Below, one piece after another: positions 8,255 to 17,009 of a stretch of DNA of 64,000 bases. The DNA comes from an uncultured Candidatus Peribacteria bacterium. Its GTDB lineage: Bacteria > Patescibacteriota > Gracilibacteria > UBA1369 > LOWO2-01-FULL-3. The stretch lies in the NCBI GenBank assembly GCA_964356355.1, contig CAYHGX010000005.1:495-64494 (forward strand). The letters run 5' to 3'. The stretch's first letter is position 1; the number at the start of each line of letters is the position of its first letter. Under the pieces are notes generated by a model, which saw only the letters and a list, made by a program, of their open reading frames with translations, was not told where the DNA came from and made no database searches. The translations under genes were made by a program, and so were the position numbers.

Positions 8255-9022
8255 CTATTGTAGCAATTTTCGATTGTCGAGACCTTCCTCGGTTTTTGTT
8301 AGTATTCCGGAAAGGATGAACTCAGAAAAAGTGTAGAGATTGTTATACTCTTCCTCGTGTGAATTTTGCTCAAAGTATTCACGTAAAATGTAGGCAGAAA
8401 GCTGAATAAGGGCCATTTTAATTGTGCGATTCTCCTCATATTTTGGATCCTCGTAATCGTATTCTTTTGGCTGTTCAATCATTTCTATTTTATAGGCTGT
8501 TTTAATTAGCTTATGAGGGACTTGTTCGGCTATTAACAGCATGTTTTTGATCCAACTATCGAGTTCGATGCGCATTTTTAGCGGAAAACTAGAGTCTTGG
8601 CCGGTGAAGAAGACCAACTCTGATCCTTGGGAGGTTGGCTCCTCGCTATGACTCTCGTTGAGAGAGTTTGTTGGCATTTCGCTTAGCTCGCTCTTTCCTC
8701 CTGAAAGCTGAAAAAAGCTCTCCCCTACTTGGCGCTTGATATCCTCGTTGGACAACAAGATGATGGCTAAAATGAAATTTGCAGGAATATTCTGCTCCAA
8801 GGCGCGGCTGATGAGCAAGACAAGGTCGCTTTTTTGACTATGCTTAATAAAAGCGAGGAGAATCCGTAAAAGTTCCTCCTCACTCTGTTTTTGCTTTCCT
8901 TCCTCTTTTTTAATTGCGGCAATTTGAGCCGCTGCCGCTTTCATTCGCTCCTTGAAGGCTTCAAATGCCGATTCCGACATACCTTCCCCGCCATCCATTC
9001 CAATAAAATCCTCTAATGACAT
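8255..9022 (-). CDS. Hypothetical acidic protein (255 aa)
   Basis: Long ORF 24 nt downstream of rpmA on the same strand. No motif recognised. Confidence 0.6.
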   Translation of the reverse strand: MSLEDFIGMDGGEGMSESAFEAFKERMKAAAAQIAAIKKEEGKQKQSEEELLRILLAFIKHSQKSDLVLLISRALEQNIPANFILAIILLSNEDIKRQVGESFFQLSGGKSELSEMPTNSLNESHSEEPTSQGSELVFFTGQDSSFPLKMRIELDSWIKNMLLIAEQVPHKLIKTAYKIEMIEQPKEYDYEDPKYEENRTIKMALIQLSAYILREYFEQNSHEEEYNNLYTFSEFILSGILTKTEEGLDNRKLLQ

Positions 9023-9046
9023 ATTAGTTGGTGGCTTACGTGCTTA

Positions 9047-9328
9047 TTATGCAGCTGCCTTTACGTTGACAATTGTGTCTTTAAATACACGTCCGTCGAA
9101 CTTTTTAAGTGCTTTCTGTGAAAAGTGAACCTCTCCTGCAACTAGTGAGAAAATTGTATGATCCCTACCCATATCGGTGTTTTCACCTGGGAAGTATTTA
9201 CATCCTCTCTGACGAATAATGATTCCTCCAGCCTTTACAACTTGGCCTCCGAAAACCTTTACTCCAAGCCTTTTGGCTACTGAATCGCGACCATTTTGCG
9301 TTGAACCTGCTGCTTTTTTATGTGACAT
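9047..9328 (-). CDS. rpmA: 50S ribosomal protein L27
   Basis: [16 protein letters not shown]...GVKVFGGQ...G.IIIRQRG is the canonical L27 N-terminus. Confidence 0.92.
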   Translation of the reverse strand: MSHKKAAGSTQNGRDSVAKRLGVKVFGGQVVKAGGIIIRQRGCKYFPGENTDMGRDHTIFSLVAGEVHFSQKALKKFDGRVFKDTIVNVKAAA

Positions 9329-9474
9329 ATTCTTTTGATTATATTGGCACCTCGCTGTGGCGCTCGGTGTATTTATTCGTTAGCACTTCGCTTCCGCTTG
9401 CGCTTGATACTTTGAGATTTTAATAATTACTTTTGATTTTGGCAAGAGCATTTAGTTTTTTGCTATTTTGGGGC

Positions 9475-9503
9475 TTCAAAATGTGACCAAAATGTGCTAT
9501 AAT
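9475..9503 (+). promoter_or_regulatory. Promoter candidate (TTCAAA-17-TGcTATAAT, extended -10)
   Basis: TATAAT at 9498-9503 preceded by TGc, 22 nt before the 9525 ATG. Confidence 0.4.
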
Positions 9504-9524
9504 AATGGGATTTTAACTTATTTG

Positions 9525-11042
9525 ATGAGGAAAACTGGATTTACGACAGTTAGGCGACTATTGGGACTGTTTTTGGCTATTTCATTGATTTTTGCCAATA
9601 TTTCCCTGGTTTTTGCGAGAGGTGGATTGGGAGATACCCCTAATACTACCGGAGAGTCTGTGGTGAAGGAAAGTAGTGTGAATTCTGAGATGACGGCAAA
9701 ACAGGATGAGTTTTTGAATCATATCACTACGGAGCTTGATCAATCTAAAACAAACTACAAACAGGTTTTGCGAGACATGAATGAAACTAAGACTCGTCTG
9801 AAACTTGTGGGAGAGGAGAGGCTTACCTTGCAGCAGTACATCGATAATTTGGATGCAAACATCACTAATACTAATAGTAAACTTGATAGTGTTACTAACC
9901 AGATTGCTGAGAAACAGAATCAGGTTGCGAAGATTGAAGAGGAGGTACAGGTTCGCGAGATTGCTCTGGATTATCAGAAACAGCTTTTGCAGGACTATTT
10001 GAAATTAATGTACGAGCAGCAGAACAGTATACTTTCGGTTGATGAGGCAGGCAAAATTGATGCCTTTAAGTTGTTATTGTCGGATGGTAGTGTTTCGGAA
10101 AATATTTCTCAATTGGCCTATTATGACTTGCTCACTGAAACTGGAGCCCAGCTTGCTGGCAAATTGGAGAAGATGTTTACCGAGTTGGCAGACAAGAAAA
10201 AGGAGCTGTCAGGTGAGGCCGAAAATTTAAGTGGGCTGCGTGAGGAGGTTGTTAATGAGAAGAAAGAGCTTGAGCTTCAACGAGACTCCAAGACAAAACT
10301 TTTGGCCACCACTCAGGGTCAGGAGGAAATTTACTCACAGCTACTTGCACAAACCCAGGCGCAGCAGGGTGAATACCTCCTTGATGTAAAGGCTTTGAAT
10401 GATGCACTAGAGTTTGTTCAACGTAAGATTGCGCAGGAGGGTGAAAATTTTGATCCTGAGAAATATCAATCTCTTCTTGATTATAAGACTAAGTCATTAT
10501 ATGAGTTTGAGCTTGATAGTTTGGGTCAAAATAATCAGGGTTTCAACTGGCCGGTACAACCAACTCGTGGCATTAGTGCATATTTCCATGATGGGGCATA
10601 TTTATCTACTTTTGGAATGCAACATAGTGCGGTGGATATTCCCAAGTATCAGAGTACGCCAATTCATGCAGCGGCGGATGGCGTAGTGTACACGGCTAAG
10701 GACAATGGATACGGCTATAGTTATATAATTTTGGCCCACGGTGGTGGCCTTACCACTGTGTATGGGCACGTAAGCAACATATTAGTAAAGGAGGGCGATA
10801 AGGTAATTCAGGGAGCAATAATTGGGCTCACCGGCGGAATGCCGGGCACGAAGGGTGCGGGCTATATGACAACTGGTCCCCATTTGCATTTTGAGGTTCA
10901 TAAAAACGGTACCCCGGTTGATCCGTTGCTATACTTGCCGCTTGATGTTTTGAGCCAGGCCTTTGCGGTCTCTATGCCAGATAAATACTATTCAAGGTGG
11001 CAGTTACAGGTGGTTGCAAAGGGTAAGGATGAGGAACTTTGA
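9525..11042 (+). CDS. M23-family metallopeptidase with N-terminal coiled coil (EnvC-like murein hydrolase/activator)
   Basis: The C-terminus carries HSAVDI...GHVS...GPHLHFEV, the M23 metal ligands. There is a signal/TM helix and a long coiled coil. The start was set to the ATG at 9525, downstream of the predicted promoter. Confidence 0.85.
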   Translation: MRKTGFTTVRRLLGLFLAISLIFANISLVFARGGLGDTPNTTGESVVKESSVNSEMTAKQDEFLNHITTELDQSKTNYKQVLRDMNETKTRLKLVGEERLTLQQYIDNLDANITNTNSKLDSVTNQIAEKQNQVAKIEEEVQVREIALDYQKQLLQDYLKLMYEQQNSILSVDEAGKIDAFKLLLSDGSVSENISQLAYYDLLTETGAQLAGKLEKMFTELADKKKELSGEAENLSGLREEVVNEKKELELQRDSKTKLLATTQGQEEIYSQLLAQTQAQQGEYLLDVKALNDALEFVQRKIAQEGENFDPEKYQSLLDYKTKSLYEFELDSLGQNNQGFNWPVQPTRGISAYFHDGAYLSTFGMQHSAVDIPKYQSTPIHAAADGVVYTAKDNGYGYSYIILAHGGGLTTVYGHVSNILVKEGDKVIQGAIIGLTGGMPGTKGAGYMTTGPHLHFEVHKNGTPVDPLLYLPLDVLSQAFAVSMPDKYYSRWQLQVVAKGKDEEL

Positions 11043-11072
11043 GATTAGATGAGTGTGGGATAGAATTGCTGT

Positions 11073-11711
11073 ATGGTAAATATTCATGATTTGCTGAAAA
11101 TGTTAAAGAGGGAGTATCCGAACGCGCGGATTGCTCTTAATTATAATACCAATTTTGAACTGCTTGTGGCGGTTATTTTATCGGCTCAGTGCACTGATGA
11201 ACGGGTTAATATGGTGACTCCAAATTTATTTAAGCGCTTCCCTGGCGTACGTGATTTTGCAGAATGTCGAATTGAGGAACTGGAAAAGGCAATTTTTTCA
11301 ACTGGCTTCTATAGGAACAAGTCAAAAAATATTAAGGCGATGGCGCAGATACTTTTGAGGGATTTTGGGGGAGAGGTGCCTTCTGATATGGAGAAGCTTT
11401 TGACTTTGCCTGGTGTGGCGAGAAAGACTGCCAATGTAATGATGCATTCGGCTTTTGATAATGCGGTGGGGATTGTGGTGGATACTCATGTGGCCCGGCT
11501 TGCCGGGCTACTTGGATTAGTACCAACAAGGATGAGTGAGAAGAAGGAGGCTGTAAAGATCGAAGAAGAACTGAAGCGGCTTGTACCTCGAAAGGATTGG
11601 GGAATACTTCCTCACCTTCTAATTCTACATGGACGCAAAGTGTGTATCGCAAGACGTCCACGTTGTAGTGAGTGTGTTTTAAATAAGATCTGTCCCTCTT
11701 CAAAGATATAA
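11073..11711 (+). CDS. nth: Endonuclease III
   Basis: HhH-GPD motif LPGVARKTANVMM and a C-terminal C-x6-C-x2-C-x5-C cluster (CIARRPRCSECVLNKIC). Confidence 0.9.
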   Translation: MVNIHDLLKMLKREYPNARIALNYNTNFELLVAVILSAQCTDERVNMVTPNLFKRFPGVRDFAECRIEELEKAIFSTGFYRNKSKNIKAMAQILLRDFGGEVPSDMEKLLTLPGVARKTANVMMHSAFDNAVGIVVDTHVARLAGLLGLVPTRMSEKKEAVKIEEELKRLVPRKDWGILPHLLILHGRKVCIARRPRCSECVLNKICPSSKI

Positions 11712-11718
11712 GCTAGCT

Positions 11719-12315
11719 TTATGGAACGGCAATAATGACTGATTTCTCGGTTCTTGTGGCCATGCATTTTGGGCAGCTCACGTACCAAACATATAGTTCG
11801 CGTGGTTGTTTGCCGATTTCTGTGACGAGTTCTTCTATGTCTTTAGAGATATCCTTGTATGGTTTTGTTGATACTTTTGTGTAAACTTCTGCGTTCTCGA
11901 AGGAAAGCACGTCCTTGTCTAGTTTATTGGCATTTTCAACCTCTACTAAAACTGAGCCCATAAAGGTACCGTCAATGTCGAGAATCATTGGTTTTTCTAC
12001 TGGCTTGTAGCCTTTTTTCAGTGCACCTTTCGTAGCTCGGTCGATATCAATTGCATATGAAATTGGCATATGAAAAAGACGTGGAGAAAAGGTTTTGTAA
12101 AACGATTTAGTGAAAATTAATTTCTTTTTGTCCCAATCGGCAGGATTGATGGTGGGACATTTACAGGCTGGTACGGCTGGAGTAACTGGAGGTGCTGCTG
12201 GTGTGGCTGGAGTTGGGGTGGGAGCGGAAGACTCGGTGGTAGGAGGTGTAGCAGGAACAGCCGGTGAGGTAGCCTCAGCTTGTGGTGACGGGCTTGGTTG
12301 AATTTCATCTGGCAT
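11719..12315 (-). CDS. Hypothetical protein with a Pro/Thr/Ala-rich N-terminus and paired CxC/CxxC motifs
   Basis: 198-aa ORF. The PTA-rich linker is followed by a domain bracketed by CKCP and CPKC. No family recognised. Confidence 0.55.
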   Translation of the reverse strand: MPDEIQPSPSPQAEATSPAVPATPPTTESSAPTPTPATPAAPPVTPAVPACKCPTINPADWDKKKLIFTKSFYKTFSPRLFHMPISYAIDIDRATKGALKKGYKPVEKPMILDIDGTFMGSVLVEVENANKLDKDVLSFENAEVYTKVSTKPYKDISKDIEELVTEIGKQPRELYVWYVSCPKCMATRTEKSVIIAVP

Positions 12316-12389
12316 CTTTATTTTTGTTACGTTGTAGTGTTAGCACTCGCTACGCTCGCACTTGTTGATATTAAGTTTAGCATTTTGTT

Positions 12390-12418
12390 TTGGCGACAGC
12401 AAATTCATATGATAGATT
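12390..12418 (+). promoter_or_regulatory. Promoter candidate for tRNA-Gln (TTGGCG-17-TAGATT)
   Basis: The -10 hexamer ends 10 nt before the tRNA 5' end. Confidence 0.4.
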
Positions 12419-12428
12419 GTTCGTACGT

Positions 12429-12503
12429 TGGGGCGTGGCCAAGTGGTAAGGCAGCGGGTTTTGGTCCCGCCATTCGTGGGTTCGAGTCCTACCGCCCCAG
12501 CCA
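12429..12503 (+). tRNA. tRNA-Gln (anticodon TTG), CCA encoded
   Basis: TGGGGCG/CGCCCCA acceptor stem with a U1:A72 pair. The D-arm is GCCAAGTGGTAAGGC and the anticodon arm is GCGGG-TTTTGGT-CCCGC. Close to the E. coli tRNA-Gln sequence as I remember it. Confidence 0.9.
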
Positions 12504-12679
12504 AGTGTTTCGAAACCTTTAAGGAAGGTTTCGACGCTTCCAAAATATCGGTTATTCGCAAAAACTCCATTCACTAAGCTTCGCTTTTTAAAGCTGCAGG
12601 AAACCACGAGACCTCCATCTTTAAAAAGCTACGCGCGCTCATGGAGATTTCTGCTCATATTTTTTTGTTTTACCCGATG

Positions 12680-12706
12680 AAAAAAGCACCCTTTTGACGG
12701 GGTGCT
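12680..12706 (-). terminator. Rho-independent terminator ending the pilus operon
   Basis: The minus strand reads AGCACCC-N8-GGGTGCT followed by TTTTT, about 20 nt past the pilin stop. Confidence 0.6.
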
Positions 12707-12725
12707 TTGGACTTTAATTTACTGC

Positions 12726-13166
12726 TTATCTCGTAATTGAGATTGTTGCAGATAGCTCAGCGTCTGGTGCTGACACAGTAACTCTACCATTTGCATCTAC
12801 AAGAGCCTCATAGCCGGTGTTGTAGTCTGCACAACTGGTATAATGAGCCCCGTCTGAAATAGGATCGAACGGCATTGCTGCAATGAAGGTTGGAACCAAA
12901 TCGGCACAGATGTCTACTTGCCCAACTCCACTTCCAATTACAGTTGAAGCATCTGTGAGGTTGACCGGCATAGTGCCTCTGTTATCGATTGCGTACTGTT
13001 GGATACCATCCAATAGTGCTTTCACCTCGCTAGAACGCTGCGTGTTGTTTGCCTGTGAAATTTGTTTACTCGGATTAATTGCTACGATTACAATTCCGGC
13101 AAGAATTGCGATTATTACAATTACCAAGAGTACTTCTATCAGCGTGAAACCTTTTTTGTTCCTCAT
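12726..13166 (-). CDS. Type IV pilin (prepilin leader MRNKKG|FTLIEVLL), copy 1
   Basis: Class III signal peptide with G-1, F+1 and E+5, then a hydrophobic alpha1 helix. Two conserved Cys residues lie in the C-terminal half. Confidence 0.85.
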   Translation of the reverse strand: MRNKKGFTLIEVLLVIVIIAILAGIVIVAINPSKQISQANNTQRSSEVKALLDGIQQYAIDNRGTMPVNLTDASTVIGSGVGQVDICADLVPTFIAAMPFDPISDGAHYTSCADYNTGYEALVDANGRVTVSAPDAELSATISITR

Positions 13167-13199
13167 AGTGTGAGAGTTACGTTATATTTATTTTTAAAA

Positions 13200-13640
13200 T
13201 TATCTTGTAATAAAGATTTGAGCTCCCAGCTCTGCTGTTGGAGCTGATATGGTGAGTCGCCCATTTTCATCTACTGACGCCTCATATCCAGTATCGTAAT
13301 CGGCGCAGTCGGTGTAGTGAGCACCTGTTGTGATCGGATCGAATGGCATTGCCACAACGTAATTTGGGACCAAATCATCGCAAATATCAACTTGTTCAGC
13401 TCCACTTCCAATTACTGTTGGTGCATCGGTGAGATTTGCCGGCATCGTGCCTCTATTGTCAATTGCAAACTCATGTACTGCATCTACAAGTGCTTTTACG
13501 TCACTTGAGCGTTGAGTATTATTCGCCTGGGCAACTTGCTTACTTGGGTTTACTGCTATAATTACTATTCCGGCAAGAATTGCGATTATTACAATTACCA
13601 GAAGAACCTCTATTAATGTGAAACCCTTTTTGTTTCTCAT
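13200..13640 (-). CDS. Type IV pilin, copy 2 (tandem paralog, about 78% aa identity by my count)
   Basis: The first 27 residues are identical to copy 1, the length is the same (146 aa) and the 5' leader is also similar. Confidence 0.85.
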   Translation of the reverse strand: MRNKKGFTLIEVLLVIVIIAILAGIVIIAVNPSKQVAQANNTQRSSDVKALVDAVHEFAIDNRGTMPANLTDAPTVIGSGAEQVDICDDLVPNYVVAMPFDPITTGAHYTDCADYDTGYEASVDENGRLTISAPTAELGAQIFITR

Positions 13641-13665
13641 AGGATGAGAGTTAGTTTATATTTGT

Positions 13666-13893
13666 TTACTTTTTCAATCTATCATCTGTGTATTTCTTTG
13701 ACAAGTTCTCATATTTACCCCATTCAATAACTGGAAGCTTTACGTCAAGGGCACCCGGGTCAAGCTGTACTTTGTTTACTGTGATTTCGTAATATTTGTA
13801 ATAAATTATTGCTCCTGCTGTAACCGTTATAAAAAATATTATGCATATGGCTATATAAGAGACGTAGGATTTGATTTCTTTTATGGTTATCAT
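13666..13893 (-). CDS. Small single-pass membrane protein in the pilus operon
   Basis: 75 aa with one TM helix. Its start overlaps the upstream stop by 4 nt. Confidence 0.45.
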   Translation of the reverse strand: MITIKEIKSYVSYIAICIIFFITVTAGAIIYYKYYEITVNKVQLDPGALDVKLPVIEWGKYENLSKKYTDDRLKK

Positions 13894-14459
13894 TTCTTTG
13901 TGTAAAGTTGAATAATTATATTTATGTTAGGCATTGTGTTTTCTGTTTTTTCTATAGTGGTTAGGTCTTGATAGGTTATTGATTCCACTTTTATGAAGTA
14001 TGGAATTGCCTCCAGGCGTCCAAGGAATTTATTTAAATCATCTGTTGAGCCAAAGAATAATATTTGATAGGAAATATATTCAGCTCCCTTATTTTTTTTC
14101 TTGCTCTTCGTTTTTATTACTTCTCCATAGGTTGATAACTGGAGATTGAGGGAGGATTCCTGCCCTATTTTTTCGATTTCTGAAATGAATTTGATAACAT
14201 CTTCTTCATTGCGTGGACGCAATGAAAACAGAAAGTCGATAGTGTTTCTTGCTTTTTCCGTATACATCATTAGGCTGCTTTCGAAATCCTTATGAATCGT
14301 ACTCCCTACTTCCAAAAACTTTTCAGTTTTTTTACTTTCGGTTTGTGCGTTAATCAATGCTATTCCGATGACAATAACTATGAAGGAGCCTATGCAAATA
14401 AGAAGTAGGCAAATTTTCAAAATCCTTTCTACACTATTTGGCAATTGAACTTGAACCAT
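13890..14459 (-). CDS. PilO-like pilus assembly protein (assigned by position and topology only)
   Basis: 189 aa with an N-terminal TM helix and a soluble domain, immediately after the PilM-PilN fusion. Confidence 0.4.
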   Translation of the reverse strand: MVQVQLPNSVERILKICLLLICIGSFIVIVIGIALINAQTESKKTEKFLEVGSTIHKDFESSLMMYTEKARNTIDFLFSLRPRNEEDVIKFISEIEKIGQESSLNLQLSTYGEVIKTKSKKKNKGAEYISYQILFFGSTDDLNKFLGRLEAIPYFIKVESITYQDLTTIEKTENTMPNINIIIQLYTKK

Positions 14460-16089
14460 ACTTATCTCGTTTTAAATATAATAATTTTAGTTTCATTTGG
14501 AATGAGATTTTTGTCCTTTCATCATAGTTTGAAATTGGGGCTATTACCTGGTCAATAAACTCGGCTTTTTTAAGATTGGACTGAGCTTCGAGCAAGGTAT
14601 TCCTATCATTTGCAATTCCACTTATGTCATATGCCGTATCGCTATCCGAATATTTGAGGGAGGTAATTGTTATTCCCTTGGGCATAAGCTTGTATATTTT
14701 CTCAATTTCGCTACTCACTGAAAACAAATTCTTAGAGATTCCACTTAACTCTGCAATTTCTTTGTTAAAGGTACCAATTTGTTCCTTTATCTCCTGATAT
14801 CTTGCGCCAAATATCATTCTGTCCAATGACATTTTTTGAGATAAGAGACTTTTATATTGATATCCCGTATTTTGAAATTGGAATATCGTAAACGAGGCCA
14901 ATGCGAGAACAATTGTTGTGGCTATTATTGAGGTTGCCGAGAATATTATTGCCTTTTTCCTTGTATCGAGGCTCTCAATGAATCTCTCAGGCAATAGATT
15001 TATTCCATCTGAATCTGATGAGTTTAGTTCTCTCATCGCAGATCCTATTGAGTTGTTGAAATAAATTGAGAAGGGAACATATTCATTTTTGTCTTCAGCT
15101 TCAATCGTGAATTTCTTCGGCTCTATTGTTAGTCCAAGCTGTGGATCTCCAATCACTGTATTACATCTTGGGAAGTAGCTTTTGGCGATCTTCATTGAGT
15201 CTGGGAGATTGATAAATTTACCTGTCAGAAGAACCTGGTCAATTTTTTCGCCCTTATTTTTTTCTTCAAATTCTTCAACAATGAGCTTTCCGCGTTTGTA
15301 GTTTCTATTCAGGAAGTTTTTAATTATGTCACTACCCTGGATGGTATTAAGCTTATTTTTTTCCTTGAGATCAATAATTACATTATCGGTAAGTTGAGAT
15401 TCTTTTTCCAGCTCAGTAATTAGCTTGTGGCCCCCCTCATTCACACTAAAGAAGTGTTTTACAACTAAATTTTTTATAACAATGTAATTAACCGCCAGCG
15501 TATCCATGTCGATTATCAGGCTAGTTTTTCCCAAGAGCATTTCTTCCGGTAATGAATAACGCAAGGTATCACAAGGTACGCTGAATAAAACAGGAATCAT
15601 GTCCATTTCCTCAAAAAGATCACAGTATTTATCGGCCACCTGTTTATTAATACAGGCGAATAACACATATTGTGAGGAGTGAGCAATTGATTCATCTTCC
15701 TTTTCGAGGACTGTACTGTCCCAATAAATATCGCTTATTGAAAAAGGGATGACCGTTTCCGCCTGATAGGTAATTGCTTTTTTCACTTCTTCTTTGCTTA
15801 AATTCGCAGGAAACTGAAAAATATGTGTCATTACTTTGCTTGAGGGAAATGTAATGGCTACATTTTTTGTTGCTATCGGGTTTGGATTACCATTTTGAAG
15901 CATAGACTTCAAAATCAATTTCAGATCCTCCTTTTTCTTAATTTCACCGTTGACAATTACATCCGCAGGAATGATGGCCCTGTTGTACGATTCCAGGCAT
16001 CTATTTTCACCATGTAGACTAAGCTCGGCTATCTCTACGGAGTAGTCGTGAAAGTCTATTCCTACTATTTTGTCTCCAAAAATACTCAT
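14434..16089 (-). CDS. pilM: Type IV pilus assembly protein PilM fused to a PilN-like TM/C-terminal region
   Basis: The N-terminus IVGIDFHDYSVEIAEL is the PilM actin-like start. A TM helix (AIIFSATSIIATTIVLALASFTIF) sits at about residue 380, followed by a roughly 150-aa tail. Confidence 0.7.
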   Translation of the reverse strand: MSIFGDKIVGIDFHDYSVEIAELSLHGENRCLESYNRAIIPADVIVNGEIKKKEDLKLILKSMLQNGNPNPIATKNVAITFPSSKVMTHIFQFPANLSKEEVKKAITYQAETVIPFSISDIYWDSTVLEKEDESIAHSSQYVLFACINKQVADKYCDLFEEMDMIPVLFSVPCDTLRYSLPEEMLLGKTSLIIDMDTLAVNYIVIKNLVVKHFFSVNEGGHKLITELEKESQLTDNVIIDLKEKNKLNTIQGSDIIKNFLNRNYKRGKLIVEEFEEKNKGEKIDQVLLTGKFINLPDSMKIAKSYFPRCNTVIGDPQLGLTIEPKKFTIEAEDKNEYVPFSIYFNNSIGSAMRELNSSDSDGINLLPERFIESLDTRKKAIIFSATSIIATTIVLALASFTIFQFQNTGYQYKSLLSQKMSLDRMIFGARYQEIKEQIGTFNKEIAELSGISKNLFSVSSEIEKIYKLMPKGITITSLKYSDSDTAYDISGIANDRNTLLEAQSNLKKAEFIDQVIAPISNYDERTKISFQMKLKLLYLKRDKYGSSSIAK

Positions 16090-16101
16090 GTTTTTATACT
16101 A

Positions 16102-16497
16102 TTAGTTTTTTTGCCAATTTAATAGTCTAACGTTATTTATTTCACCATTTTGAATTACTGTGATTTCTGCCTGATGATTTTGAGTGTAGTTTTCAAATGT
16201 TGTGCTTATTGATACTATTTTTGTGGTGCTTCCAATGATGGAAATTGTGCAAGTACCATAATCAAAGGTAATTGTTCCCCCTGAATAATTGATGTCCATT
16301 TTTATTTTTTGACTTGCCTCTTCAAAACAGGATTCAGCAATATAATAGGAGGATTTGTTTGATCTGGTATTTAGCTGTTGATATGAGCTGGTAACCTGGG
16401 TTTCCGATACCCCAATCACAATCAAGAGTAAAACAGCAGACATCACCAACACACTTATAAGCATAATTGCGCCTCTGATATTTTTTGTTTTCTTCAT
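16102..16497 (-). CDS. Minor pilin-like protein (PilX/GspK-like N-terminus, no Glu5)
   Basis: RGAIMLISVLVMSAVLLLIVIG hydrophobic N-terminus, 131 aa. ATGA overlap with the upstream gene. Confidence 0.5.
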   Translation of the reverse strand: MKKTKNIRGAIMLISVLVMSAVLLLIVIGVSETQVTSSYQQLNTRSNKSSYYIAESCFEEASQKIKMDINYSGGTITFDYGTCTISIIGSTTKIVSISTTFENYTQNHQAEITVIQNGEINNVRLLNWQKN

Positions 16498-17009
16498 TGT
16501 CTGAGTGATATTGATGTGTGAAGAGTGGTACTTTGGTTTAGAACCGCAAGATCACTATTTATTGGTTCGCAATTCATGTCTACGATTATCTGTGTCGGTA
16601 TTTTCGGTGTAAATATTTCTATGAATTTCAGTTGAGTACATTTCACGAAATCTGAATTAATTTTTGTTGGTCCCTCCATTCCCTCCTTGATGTAGACATT
16701 TTCACTATCAAGGTAAAGCAGGGTTGGCGACTTTTCTGCATCTGAAACATTCAGGGATATTTTTCCCGTGTTACTTTCAAAGATACTGGTTGACGAATTT
16801 ACTCCTGTAGCGCTTTGAATTGTGGAGGTTAGCCTGTTGCTCAAAAAATCCATGCCCGCCTGAATCTCCTGCATGTCAGATGTTTTTTTGCTTATGCCAA
16901 TTATTTGCAGAGAAAAGCTCATGATGGCAAACAGTACTGCGCCCGATATTGTTAAATATAGTAATATTTCTATTAATGTGGTTCCTTGATTTTTTTTGTT
17001 TTTTCTCAT
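16494..17009 (-). CDS. Minor pilin (prepilin-type N-terminal cleavage/methylation domain)
   Basis: MRKNKKNQG|TTLIEILLYL with G-1 and E+5. Confidence 0.65.
   Translation of the reverse strand: MRKNKKNQGTTLIEILLYLTISGAVLFAIMSFSLQIIGISKKTSDMQEIQAGMDFLSNRLTSTIQSATGVNSSTSIFESNTGKISLNVSDAEKSPTLLYLDSENVYIKEGMEGPTKINSDFVKCTQLKFIEIFTPKIPTQIIVDMNCEPINSDLAVLNQSTTLHTSISLRQ

Noticed and set aside
12510-12534. 9-bp hairpin TCGAAACCT-N7-AGGTTTCGA immediately after tRNA-Gln, considered as a terminator
   Set aside because: There is no T-run on either strand. It may aid 3' processing, but it cannot be called a rho-independent terminator from sequence alone.
12298-12607. Three overlapping 74-76 aa ORFs (12298..12522 +, 12340..12570 -, 12377..12607 -)
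   Set aside because: All three run across the tRNA-Gln gene and its flanks, so they are artefacts of an open frame over a structured RNA gene.
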